Assembly: GCA_013824585.1 (NCBI GenBank)
Contig: PNOB01000001.1
Location: 1-38,904 of the forward strand
Reading direction: 5' to 3'
Length of the DNA stretch: 38,904 nt
Origin: Desulfobacterium sp.
GTDB lineage: Bacteria; Desulfobacterota; Desulfobacteria; Desulfobacterales; SURF-7
Shown: positions 1 through 7,787 of the stretch, piece by piece
Layout of the letters: each line of letters begins with the position of its first letter
Position numbering within the stretch: position 1 is the first letter of the stretch
Made by a program: the position numbers and the translations under genes
Notes under the pieces: model-generated
Databases searched by the model: none
Told to the model about the DNA's origin: nothing
The model's input: only the letters and a program-made list of their open reading frames with translations

Positions 1-604
1 GCGTGTCAAGCCATTTTCCGGGAATGGATGTAATTTAAATGGGAATCTGATTTTTCAGTTTCGGTACTTTTTTAACTTGTTTAACCTGATTTGTTCGCAC
101 TATAAAATTTTCCACCAGTAGCGAATTAACAGAAAATTCCATCGATGAGGGCAAAGCATCAGATAATTCCCCCCTTGGTGGGTTTAGGGGATGTTATTCC
201 ATTTTACTCTTCAAGCGTAAATCTCTTTCCGACCAAGGATGAATTCTTAAATTTGGAATCGCAAATTGCGACATCAAATTTAGAATTAGGGAAATAGAGT
301 TATGAAAGAATCGAAAGACGTAAGGCTCTCATAAAAATTTTGCAAACCATCAATATAGGACGAACAGATCATGATATTGGATGGGCACACTGTGTTAAGG
401 TGTTTAATTTTCTTGACTTTTATTTATCTTAATGAAAGATATGCTCCATAGATTTAAGCGATATTATACGATATAATTCAGGGGATATTTTTAGGAGAGA
501 AAATAGATCATAAAGCACATTGGATTTATTGATATTACGAAAGGGAAGAAGCATCCGAAAATTTCTTCGATATTGAATATCAGGGAAAAGATACTTGTGA
601 ATAA

Positions 605-1429
605 ATGGTTAGGGCACTGCTTAATAAAATAATGAGAATATTTATAATTTTCATACTAAGTATTTGTTTGATTAGCTCCAATACATTTGCCGATTACGAC
701 ACGAGTCTCATAAAAGAAATCAAGTCATGGAGTAAGGGGGATGCAATACCTAAACGTCTCCTAAAATTTCCAGACGGTAAGATAGACACTGGATTTAAGT
801 GCGGTATGCGAGTAATCGGATCTGAAGCTAGAGATTACATTCATGAAATCGATAATGAAGATTTATTAACAGAACTTATCTTTGATTATCGTAGCCAAGC
901 TGACACTTTTCATGCAGCCGTTTCTAAACTTATATCTCTCAAGGGAATGGGATACATTTCTCGTTTGCTAAGAGACAGACGAAAAAAAGATCCTAATGCA
1001 TTTTCGCGATCTGAGTTGGCTATACTTATACAACTTTTACAATCAACATATGTATCAATTCAGGTTGCGCGCATCACAAATAAAGATATGCCGCTGAATA
1101 ATGCAGAGTCAGTTTTGCGCAAAATGAGCAAAAAGCTGGATGAGGGTATGCAATGGAAGGAGGCATACCGCCATTTTTCAGAAATGCATCCAGATTTGCG
1201 TGATCGTGCTAAAAATCCCAAAAGCATACGGACGTTAATTTGTTATTTATTTGATAGCACTGTATCACCAATAGGTTTTGACATTCTCACATACAGTACA
1301 GTGAATGATTTGCCCATGAAACATTTGAAAGAATTGTTTCGTGTAAAACATGGTACACACGTTTTTAGAGATATAGAAGGTGTGTATCTTTATCACATAA
1401 CGAATTATTACGATGAAAAAGATTCCTAA
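605..1429 (+). CDS. hypothetical secreted protein (orphan, AT-rich)
   Basis: 274-aa ORF. The N-terminus MVRALLNKIMRIFIIFILSICLISSNTFA looks like a Sec signal peptide (alternative start M10 at 632). No family recognised. The C-terminal third has only a vague parvulin/PpiC-like pattern. The DNA is visibly more AT-rich than the window average. Confidence 0.5.
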   Translation: MVRALLNKIMRIFIIFILSICLISSNTFADYDTSLIKEIKSWSKGDAIPKRLLKFPDGKIDTGFKCGMRVIGSEARDYIHEIDNEDLLTELIFDYRSQADTFHAAVSKLISLKGMGYISRLLRDRRKKDPNAFSRSELAILIQLLQSTYVSIQVARITNKDMPLNNAESVLRKMSKKLDEGMQWKEAYRHFSEMHPDLRDRAKNPKSIRTLICYLFDSTVSPIGFDILTYSTVNDLPMKHLKELFRVKHGTHVFRDIEGVYLYHITNYYDEKDS

Positions 1430-1632
1430 CCATACTTTTGCAGCGGAGCGCAAACAGCGGCGCCCGATGAAAAGCCGCGTTAAGTCATACTCTGATTTTT
1501 TAGACAATTTAAAAACTTGATTGGATTATCCAAGTGTTCAGTTTTATATTCTTCTCTCTTGAAGCATAGAATCTGAAAAGACCTCGATGAATCCTGTATT
1601 GAGAATGACAGAGGCACAGCGCTACAATTTTA

Positions 1633-1662
1633 TTGACATCAATGTATCCTTAAGGCTACAAT
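1633..1662 (+). promoter_or_regulatory. sigma70-like promoter for the first TA operon (TTGACA-18 nt-TACAAT)
   Basis: TTGACA at 1633-1638, an 18-nt spacer, then TACAAT at 1657-1662. The toxin ATG is at 1669, only 6 nt after the -10, and no Shine-Dalgarno lies between them. Confidence 0.4.
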
Positions 1663-1668
1663 ACTATA

Positions 1669-1959
1669 ATGATTGAAATTCGCAAAACTGACACTTTTGC
1701 CAAATGGATTGATGGTTTGCAAGACATTCGCGCACGTGCCCGTATCTTTGTCCGGATTGAAAGATTAGCGGCTGGAAATCCGGGAGACGTTAAACCAGTT
1801 GGTGAAGGTGTATCGGAAATGCGTATTGATTATGGACCCGGCTATCGAGTGTACTTCAAAAAGATAGAAAAGAAGGTGATCCTCTTGTTGGCTGGCGGCG
1901 ACAAAAACAGCCAGTCCAGGGACATCAAAACAGCCTTAAGTCTGTCACGGAATTTATAG
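1669..1959 (+). CDS. type II toxin, RelE/ParE superfamily (addiction-module killer, Gp49/HigB-like, TIGR02683-type)
   Basis: 96-aa protein MIEIRKTDTFAKWIDGLQD..RARARIFVRIERLAAGNPGDVKPVGEGVSEMRIDYGPGYRVYF..LLLAGGDK. This is the typical pattern of the addiction-module killer family. It sits 9 nt upstream of its HTH antidote partner. Confidence 0.8.
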   Translation: MIEIRKTDTFAKWIDGLQDIRARARIFVRIERLAAGNPGDVKPVGEGVSEMRIDYGPGYRVYFKKIEKKVILLLAGGDKNSQSRDIKTALSLSRNL

Positions 1960-1968
1960 GAGTAAATC

Positions 1969-2274
1969 ATGGCAAGAACCAAAACTTCCCGATATGATGT
2001 TGCTGAACATCTTCGCACTCCGGAGGAAATGGCTGCTTATCTTGAAGCCTGCCTTGAGGAGGCGAATGGCGACGCTGCATTTATTGCCAAAGCCCTTGGT
2101 GATATTGCCCGGGCCAAGGGCATGTCACAAGTGGCGCGTGAGGCTGGTCTGTCCCGCGAAAGCCTTTATAAAGCACTCTCCGGAGAAAGAATTCCAGGTT
2201 TTGACACAATCCTTAAAGTGATCAGCGCTCTGGGGTTGAAACTGCATGCGGAATCGGTTCAAACAAAAACCTGA
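1969..2274 (+). CDS. type II antitoxin, HTH addiction-module antidote protein (TIGR02684-type)
   Basis: 101-aa protein with YDVAEHLRTPEEMAAYLEA...GDIARAKGMSQVAREAGLSRESLYKALSGE..P.FDTILKVISALGLKL, the canonical antidote/HTH pattern. AGGAG RBS lies 6 nt upstream. Confidence 0.8.
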   Translation: MARTKTSRYDVAEHLRTPEEMAAYLEACLEEANGDAAFIAKALGDIARAKGMSQVAREAGLSRESLYKALSGERIPGFDTILKVISALGLKLHAESVQTKT

Positions 2275-2438
2275 ATCGTTCAATCTTCTGCTGGTGGGAT
2301 TCTGTGGACAGTATATCCAAAAATTGATGAAACTGGATAACAGGAACAGATCTTATGACCTCTTTATTTTCAGCCCTGTTCAAATTATTGTAGAGAGTAG
2401 TATGATGTGTCGGGGAAGAATTTCCTTTTTTTTCAGCC

Positions 2439-2467
2439 TTGACTTTTGTAACCCAAGAGGTTACGTT
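2439..2467 (+). promoter_or_regulatory. putative higBA promoter with embedded palindromic operator (GTAACC-N5-GGTTAC)
   Basis: TTGACT at 2439-2444, a 17-nt spacer, then TACGTT at 2462-2467. The perfect inverted repeat GTAACCcaagaGGTTAC (2448-2464) spans the spacer and -10. The ATG at 2478 follows about 10 nt later. Confidence 0.35.
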
Positions 2468-2477
2468 TTATACGGAT

Positions 2478-2757
2478 ATGATCAAATCATTTAAACATAA
2501 AGGTCTTGAGAATTTTTTTTAATACTGGAAAGAAAAAAGGAATTCGACCAGAACATGCCGATAGAATATCCAGAATTTTGGACCGTCTAAATGCCGCGAA
2601 TGATATTATGGATATGAATTATCCTGGATCGTTTCTGCATAAGCTATCAGGAGATTTGAAAGACCAATATTCTGTGCGTGTTTCTGGAAATTGGCGAATA
2701 TTTTTTAAGTTCATAGATGGCGATGCATATATTGTTAACTATGACGATTATCATTAA
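2478..2757 (+). pseudogene. higB: HigB / plasmid-maintenance killer toxin (PF05015-type), interrupted by a +1 frameshift in a T8 run
   Basis: The ATG at 2478 encodes MIKSFKHKGLENFF and then hits TAA (2520-2522). The rest of a full-length HigB (NTGKKKGIRPEHADRISRILDRL...GNWRIFFKFIDGDAYIVNYDDYH) continues in the +1 frame (track ORF 2506..2757, TTG-initiated). The junction is a run of 8 T at 2513-2520. Seven T would restore a single 92-aa ORF colinear with canonical HigB. Confidence 0.65.
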
Positions 2758-2771
2758 AGGATTAAATTATT

Positions 2772-3086
2772 ATGAGAAGAATGCAGCGAAAACCGAATCA
2801 TCCCGGTTGTATATTAAGAGAGGACTATATTAAACCTTTAGCGGTAACAGTAACTGATATGGCTGCCAAACTGGGTGTATCCAGAAAAACGCTTTCTAAA
2901 ATACTGAACGAGAAAGGGGCCATAACATCGGATATGGCTTTGCGGCTGTCCAGGGCTTTTGGTACAACGCCGGAATTGTGGATGAATTTACAGAATAACT
3001 TTGATCTCTGGGAAGCTGAAAATTCATCCAGTGATTGGAAGCGGGTTCGTCCTTTTTCGGAAAAAGTTTTGCATCCTGATGGATAA
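2772..3086 (+). CDS. higA: HigA-family antitoxin, XRE-type HTH (TIGR02607-type)
   Basis: 104-aa protein with HPGCILREDYIKPLAVTVTDMAAKLGVSRKTLSKILNEKGAITSDMALRLSRAFGTTPELWMNLQNNFDLW, the canonical HigA pattern. It lies 14 nt downstream of higB. Confidence 0.85.
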   Translation: MRRMQRKPNHPGCILREDYIKPLAVTVTDMAAKLGVSRKTLSKILNEKGAITSDMALRLSRAFGTTPELWMNLQNNFDLWEAENSSSDWKRVRPFSEKVLHPDG

Positions 3087-3100
3087 AGAAAAAATTGTTT

Positions 3101-3127
3101 GTTGGGTTTCGTTTCACTCAACCCAAC
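3101..3127 (+). terminator. stem-loop after higA (weak terminator candidate)
   Basis: GTTGGGTT (3101-3108), an 11-nt loop, then AACCCAAC (3120-3127). There is no U-tract on the plus strand, so this is only a hairpin, 15 nt after the higA stop. Confidence 0.25.
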
Positions 3128-3194
3128 CTACTGCACCAAACCAGGTGGAACAACTGATAGAAGTTTAAATACTTTCCAATGAGGGCCAAAACAT

Positions 3195-3989
3195 ATGCGA
3201 CTCGATATATACCAGGTTGACGCATTCACGGACAGGCTGTATGCCGGCAATCCGGCTGCCGTGGTTTTATGTGAAAATGAGCTTTCCGCAAAATTGATGC
3301 AGTCTATTGCAGCAGAAAACAACCTGGCGGAAACAGCGTTTGTGATCATAAGGCCGGACAGGCTTGCTATTCGATGGTTCACGCCTACGGTTGAAGTAGA
3401 TCTTTGCGGACATGCAACATTGGCAGCCGCTCACGTTCTTTTCGACTATCAGGGGGTTGCTGGTTCTCTCCTGTCGTTTGAGTCCCGATCCGGCACGCTT
3501 CGTGTTCATAAAATCGATGATGTTCTCTGGCTTGATTTTCCGACAGATCGTTTTGTCAGAGAAGACGCCATCCCCGAAGGGTTGATCAATGGCCTGGGCA
3601 TAGAACCACGAGAGCTGTATCGCGGTCGGGATGACTATCTGGCCATATTGGACAGCGAAGATTATATTCGAGATCTGTCACTGGATCAGGCTGCTCTGGC
3701 TGCTCTCGCTCGTCTGCCGGTGCGAGGAGTAATTGTTTCCGCACAAGGCAATGAAGTTGATTTTATTTCCCGGTTTTTTGCTCCCCAGTGCGGCATCCCG
3801 GAAGACCCGGTAACCGGATCAGCCCACACAACGCTGATACCTTATTGGTCGAAACGTCTTGGCAAAAAGAAGATGACGGCGCGGCAACTGTCTGCCCGTG
3901 GCGGAACTTTATTGTGTGAGGATCATGGAGATCGGGTAATGATCGGCGGGAGTGCTGTCATGTATCTGAAAGGCGAGATATATGTATGA
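3195..3989 (+). CDS. PhzF-family (phenazine biosynthesis-like) isomerase
   Basis: 264-aa protein with N-terminus MRLDIYQVDAFTD..YAGNPAAVVL, then ETAFV, LCGHATLAAAH and DPVTGSAH, all typical of the PhzF/DAP-epimerase fold. Confidence 0.85.
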   Translation: MRLDIYQVDAFTDRLYAGNPAAVVLCENELSAKLMQSIAAENNLAETAFVIIRPDRLAIRWFTPTVEVDLCGHATLAAAHVLFDYQGVAGSLLSFESRSGTLRVHKIDDVLWLDFPTDRFVREDAIPEGLINGLGIEPRELYRGRDDYLAILDSEDYIRDLSLDQAALAALARLPVRGVIVSAQGNEVDFISRFFAPQCGIPEDPVTGSAHTTLIPYWSKRLGKKKMTARQLSARGGTLLCEDHGDRVMIGGSAVMYLKGEIYV

Positions 3990-4148
3990 CAATCCATAAA
4001 CGACATAAAAAAGACCGGGGAGGTTGTTTTGGAAACGATTACATGACGATATTTATCAATGGAAAACAGAAGAGGGTGAAAAAGCCTCTGACTATAGACG
4101 GCATGGATTGCGATGAATTCATTTATATCAACCATATGGAGAGAAACC

Positions 4149-5528
4149 ATGACAAAAAAGGGAGTTGTTCGGAACATGAATTTTTCCCGTCGTGAATTTT
4201 TGAAATTGTCCGCTTCCGGGGTTTTGGTATCTGCGGTTTCCGCTTCTACCGGATGCAGCATGTTGAGATCCAAACCGGATGTAACAATGGATGAAAACTG
4301 CCTGAAAACCATTCTTGCAGGGGAGGCAGCGGGTGGAAAACAGGTTTTTGAAGATTCTGCCATCAGCGGAATTAGGATGAACAACAGGATCATCCGATCG
4401 GCCACAGCCATGGGGCTTGCTGACAAAGAAGGAAGACCCACAGGCCTGTCTGTTGAAAAACATACTGAGCTTGCTCAGGGAGGGGTTGGCCTGATCATTG
4501 TCGAAGGGACAGCAGTTCTAAAAAACGGAATGCACGGCTACCTGAATCCCCAGCTTTTTGATAAAGATGATTTTATACCCGACTATAAAAAATTGACAAA
4601 AGCTTCTCATCAATACAATACCCCTATGATTCTTCAGGCGTTTCATGCCGGACGGCAAACAAGATCTGTTGCCACAGGCCAGGCAACTGTCGCGCCGTCA
4701 CCCATTAAAGATGTCTACTACAATGAGGCTACACCGGAAGAGTTGACGGAATTGCAGATACTGGAAATTATCGATAGCTTTGTTCGGTTTATTGAAAGAT
4801 CACAAAAGGCTGATTTTGACGGTGTTCAACTGAATGCAGCCCATGGATATTTGCTATCGGAATTTTTATCACCGGACATGAACCAAAGAGAAGACAGATG
4901 GGGAGGGTCTACTGAAAACAGGTTCCGCATCATCAGGGAGATCCTTGAAAAATCGAGAAAACGTGTCGGTAGCTATCCCATTCTGATCAAGCTTAATGCA
5001 TATGATGCCCAATCCGGGGGAATGCGTCTATCGGAGTCTGTTGCAATTGCAAAGATGCTTGAGAATACAGGCTGCGATGCTATTGAGGTCAGCTGCGGTG
5101 TCAGAGATGATGGGTTTTCATCCGTCCGGATACCTGAAATTCCCCTTGAGGCGATCATGGAGTATTCTTTCCGAACCAAGGATCAACCGTTTATCATAAA
5201 AGATATCATGTCAATGATGCTTCCGTTGATGATCGATTTGCACAAACCGATTCTGAATTACAATGTCTGTGCAGCCAGAACCATTAAAGAGCAGGTGAAT
5301 ATTCCGGTCATTGTGGTCGGCGGTATCCGGGATCTGCCGACCATCGAACAGTTGATCAGGTGCAATGCAACGGATTATGTCGCGATGAGCAGACCCTTTA
5401 TCATTGAACCTGGTATTGTAAACAGTTTTAAATCTCAGCAGCAGACGGTTTCCGAATGTGTATCCTGCGGTCTTTGTGCAGTCTGCATGGAAATGCTGCC
5501 AACAGAATGTCAGTACGGTCGTGCTTGA
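4149..5528 (+). CDS. NADH:flavin oxidoreductase (Old Yellow Enzyme family) with twin-arginine signal peptide and C-terminal Cys cluster
   Basis: OYE-like TIM-barrel motifs are present (QAFHAGRQ, GVQLNAAHGYLLSEFLSP..N.R.D.WGGS.ENR, VVGGIRD). The N-terminus carries SRREFLKLSASGVLVSAVSASTGC, a consensus Tat motif followed by a possible lipobox Cys. The C-terminus carries CVSCGLCAVC...C. Start chosen at 4149 (GGAGAG RBS 5 nt upstream); 4113 and 4176 are alternatives. Confidence 0.8.
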   Translation: MTKKGVVRNMNFSRREFLKLSASGVLVSAVSASTGCSMLRSKPDVTMDENCLKTILAGEAAGGKQVFEDSAISGIRMNNRIIRSATAMGLADKEGRPTGLSVEKHTELAQGGVGLIIVEGTAVLKNGMHGYLNPQLFDKDDFIPDYKKLTKASHQYNTPMILQAFHAGRQTRSVATGQATVAPSPIKDVYYNEATPEELTELQILEIIDSFVRFIERSQKADFDGVQLNAAHGYLLSEFLSPDMNQREDRWGGSTENRFRIIREILEKSRKRVGSYPILIKLNAYDAQSGGMRLSESVAIAKMLENTGCDAIEVSCGVRDDGFSSVRIPEIPLEAIMEYSFRTKDQPFIIKDIMSMMLPLMIDLHKPILNYNVCAARTIKEQVNIPVIVVGGIRDLPTIEQLIRCNATDYVAMSRPFIIEPGIVNSFKSQQQTVSECVSCGLCAVCMEMLPTECQYGRA

Positions 5529-5548
5529 GCGATGATTTATAATGCGGG

Positions 5549-5576
5549 TTGTTTGTAAGAGGCGAACAAAAATTTT
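5549..5576 (+). terminator. weak rho-independent terminator candidate after the OYE gene
   Basis: A 7-bp stem TTGTTTG/CGAACAA (one G-U pair) with a 7-nt loop, followed by AAATTTT. It lies 21 nt after the stop codon. Confidence 0.25.
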
Positions 5577-5657
5577 GTTGAAAATAAGGGGTTGCCGTCG
5601 TATATCGGGTTAATGTGCAGACTGGTTTGACCTTATTCTGCATGGGTTTCCAAGTTA

Positions 5658-6443
5658 ATGAAAAAAGGATTATTTGCCATGAGCTATCAGACAATCGAGT
5701 TTGAGACAAAAGATAAAATTACACTCCTGACGCTGAACCGGCCCAAAACCATCAACGCCCTGAATCAGAAAATGATCGAAGAACTGGAGCAGGTATTGGA
5801 TGAGCTGCAATCCCATGCAACAGCCCGAGTGTTGATTCTTACCGGCGCTGGTGAAAAAGGCTTCTGTTCCGGCATGGATATGAAAGAATCCATGGCCGCA
5901 CTTTTTGAAGCATCTCCTGAAATGATCTACCGCGCGCAGAGCAGAGCTTCCAGATTGTTTTACAGGATGCGGTGCATACCGCAGCCGGTCATAGCAGCCA
6001 TTCATGGAGCAGCATCCGGCGCAGGTTTCAGTTTTGCCATGGCATCGGATGTCCGGCTGATCACTCCTGAAGCCAGGTTTAACGCAGCTTACATCAATAT
6101 CGGGCTGGGCGGTGCAGATCTGGCCAGCAGTTATTTTCTGCCCAGACTGATCGGTTCCGGCAGAGCCAATGAATTTCTGCTTACCGGTGATTTTATGAAT
6201 GCTTTGGAGGCCATGCAGCTTGGCTTTGCGAGCAGAATGGTTCCACGGGAAAAGCTCATGGATACAGCGTATGAGATGGCAGCTACAATGGCCGGTAAAA
6301 ATCCACTTGGCCTTCAGATGACGAAAGAAGCGATCAATCAGAATCTCGCGGTTTCTTCCCTGGAACAGGCCCTTCATCTTGAAAACCGGAATCAGGCTTT
6401 CATGATAACGGCCTTGAAGGTGGATCACAAGCCTTCTTCTTAG
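5658..6443 (+). CDS. enoyl-CoA hydratase/isomerase (crotonase superfamily)
   Basis: Motifs seen: ITLLTLNRP...NALN, VLILTGAGEKGFCSGMD, PVIAAIHGAASGAGFSFAMASDVR, and GLGG followed by L(P)RLIG. The start may instead be the ATG at 5679 (MSYQTIEF..., AGGA 9 nt upstream). Confidence 0.85.
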   Translation: MKKGLFAMSYQTIEFETKDKITLLTLNRPKTINALNQKMIEELEQVLDELQSHATARVLILTGAGEKGFCSGMDMKESMAALFEASPEMIYRAQSRASRLFYRMRCIPQPVIAAIHGAASGAGFSFAMASDVRLITPEARFNAAYINIGLGGADLASSYFLPRLIGSGRANEFLLTGDFMNALEAMQLGFASRMVPREKLMDTAYEMAATMAGKNPLGLQMTKEAINQNLAVSSLEQALHLENRNQAFMITALKVDHKPSS

Positions 6444-6492
6444 TAGGAGTTCCTGCGATAGACAGACACGGAGTGAAGCACAGCCCTGGAAT

Positions 6493-7428
6493 TCAGGGAT
6501 TTGTTTTTTCCGGCATGGATTCAATAAAACGCAGGATGGTTTCGTTGCTGGTCTTCTCAATCAGTTCGTTGAGCTCTTCTTCCATTAAAGTTTCTTTGAT
6601 TTCGTTGCCCGGATCGATAGACCATCTGCCGATAAAGGTTTTACTCCGCCAGTTGTAGACATCGATATTCACAATATGAATGCTCAACACCTTCTGGGAT
6701 ACACCGCCGATCTTCTGGTATCGTATGGCCTTTCGAAGCTGTTTGCTGATCCGTATCAGGGTGTCGATTTCTCCAGGATGGTCAGCACGCATGGATCGGC
6801 TGATCTGATACCAGGTGCGGTGTATTTCCGGCGGTACTGTTTTGACTACTTTGGGCATGATGAACAGATCGTACTCCGGAATCAAGATAAAGAGTTTCCC
6901 GATGCGGTAAGGTGTATCTCCGGGTTCAACCGCTTCTTCATCTTCAGGCAGATCCAGATCCCGGGCACCGAGTTCAGCAAGATCGTTTTTAAAATTTCCG
7001 GCAGAGACATAGGGACTGATATATTTGAGATAGATGAATACACCTGCAATGCCTGCGATGACAATCAAGGCCACAGTGATGATTGGAAATGTTTTTGGGC
7101 GTGCCGGAAAGTCAGCGATTGAGGTGCGGCGGACATTGTCCGGCCTGGCAGGCTGGATTGTATCATGAATGCCCGGATCATTGCGGGGTTGATGATACTT
7201 TGCAAAAACAATCCCGCATTCAATGCAGGTTTCTGATTTTGGCTGGGAAAAGCCGCATTTGGGGCAAGTGATTGTTTTTATCGGACCTGTCTTTTTTCCA
7301 ATGAGCGGTTTTTTTTGAAGAAAAAACCGGTTCTGACATTTCGGACATCTGGCATTGCATCCTTTTTCAGGAATTTTTGAATCATCGATTTTGAATGAGA
7401 CTTGGCAGGATGGACAGGTTGCTTTCAT
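6493..7428 (-). CDS. membrane protein with two N-terminal zinc-ribbon (MJ0042-type) modules and one TM helix
   Basis: MKATCPSCQVSFKI..ARCPKCQNRFF followed by TCPKCGFSQPKSETCIECG gives two CxxC...CxxC ribbons. The TM segment is FPIITVALIVIAGIAGVFIYL. About 185 aa of unknown C-terminal domain follow. Start set to the ATG at 7428, where the ribbon begins; the track ORF extends to 7584 with no supporting features. Confidence 0.6.
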   Translation of the reverse strand: MKATCPSCQVSFKIDDSKIPEKGCNARCPKCQNRFFLQKKPLIGKKTGPIKTITCPKCGFSQPKSETCIECGIVFAKYHQPRNDPGIHDTIQPARPDNVRRTSIADFPARPKTFPIITVALIVIAGIAGVFIYLKYISPYVSAGNFKNDLAELGARDLDLPEDEEAVEPGDTPYRIGKLFILIPEYDLFIMPKVVKTVPPEIHRTWYQISRSMRADHPGEIDTLIRISKQLRKAIRYQKIGGVSQKVLSIHIVNIDVYNWRSKTFIGRWSIDPGNEIKETLMEEELNELIEKTSNETILRFIESMPEKTNP

Positions 7429-7787
7429 GATCAACCCCTTTGCATTGAAGTAATTTTTTAGTAACAATAGGATACGAAAACGAATTTGTTTACAATTGGA
7501 ATTTTTTACGGATTGGATCAAGTGTCCGGAGGAGATGTATGATGTTACCGGACAGTTTGTCAGATATACTAGGATATATGCCATATGAACATTTTGAAAT
7601 CAAACAATTTCTGGTGGTCAATGAATTTGGGAAATATCATCCATTATAATTCCGGACAGGGGAATCCGGATCAGATATTCCTTGTCAATATGAATGATAG
7701 TTAGTAGTGTCAGGCAGTTGGTGGTACTGGGAGGGATCACAGTATTCTGGAAAAGGGACGAACAGAAATGAAGAGCAAGCAATACCG

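Noticed and set aside
1-604. Possible partial gene at the left edge
   Set aside because: All six frames are interrupted by stops within about 120 nt of the edge. Only a 35-codon minus-strand ORF (about 35-142) exists, with no recognisable features.
1265-1507. 80-aa minus-strand ORF overlapping the end of the orphan secreted-protein gene
   Set aside because: It is antisense to a longer ORF with a signal peptide, has no motif, and AT-rich DNA readily yields short spurious ORFs.
1994-2494. Alternative-frame ORFs 1994..2221 and 2246..2494 in the TA region
   Set aside because: The first lies inside the well-supported antitoxin gene in another frame. The second covers the higBA promoter/operator region and has no recognisable features.
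3986-4195. 69-aa plus-strand ORF whose internal MTIFINGKQKRV resembles the start of ThiS/MoaD-like proteins
   Set aside because: It has no C-terminal Gly-Gly, is too short after that Met, overlaps the better-supported Tat-signal start of the OYE gene, and the resemblance is limited to about 8 residues.
3923-4463. Minus-strand ORFs of 172 aa and 111 aa across the PhzF/OYE junction
   Set aside because: They are antisense to two well-supported genes, with no RBS or motif support.
5670-6560. 296-aa minus-strand ORF, longer than the crotonase gene it overlaps
   Set aside because: It is fully antisense to a gene with clear crotonase motifs. Its translation is Cys/Arg/His-rich low-complexity sequence with no motif, and its 3' part collides with the zinc-ribbon gene. 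This is a typical shadow ORF of a relatively GC-rich gene.
7429-7584. 52-codon N-terminal extension of the zinc-ribbon ORF
   Set aside because: The extension has no features. The zinc-ribbon family typically begins right at M-x-x-x-CPxC, which is the ATG at 7428.
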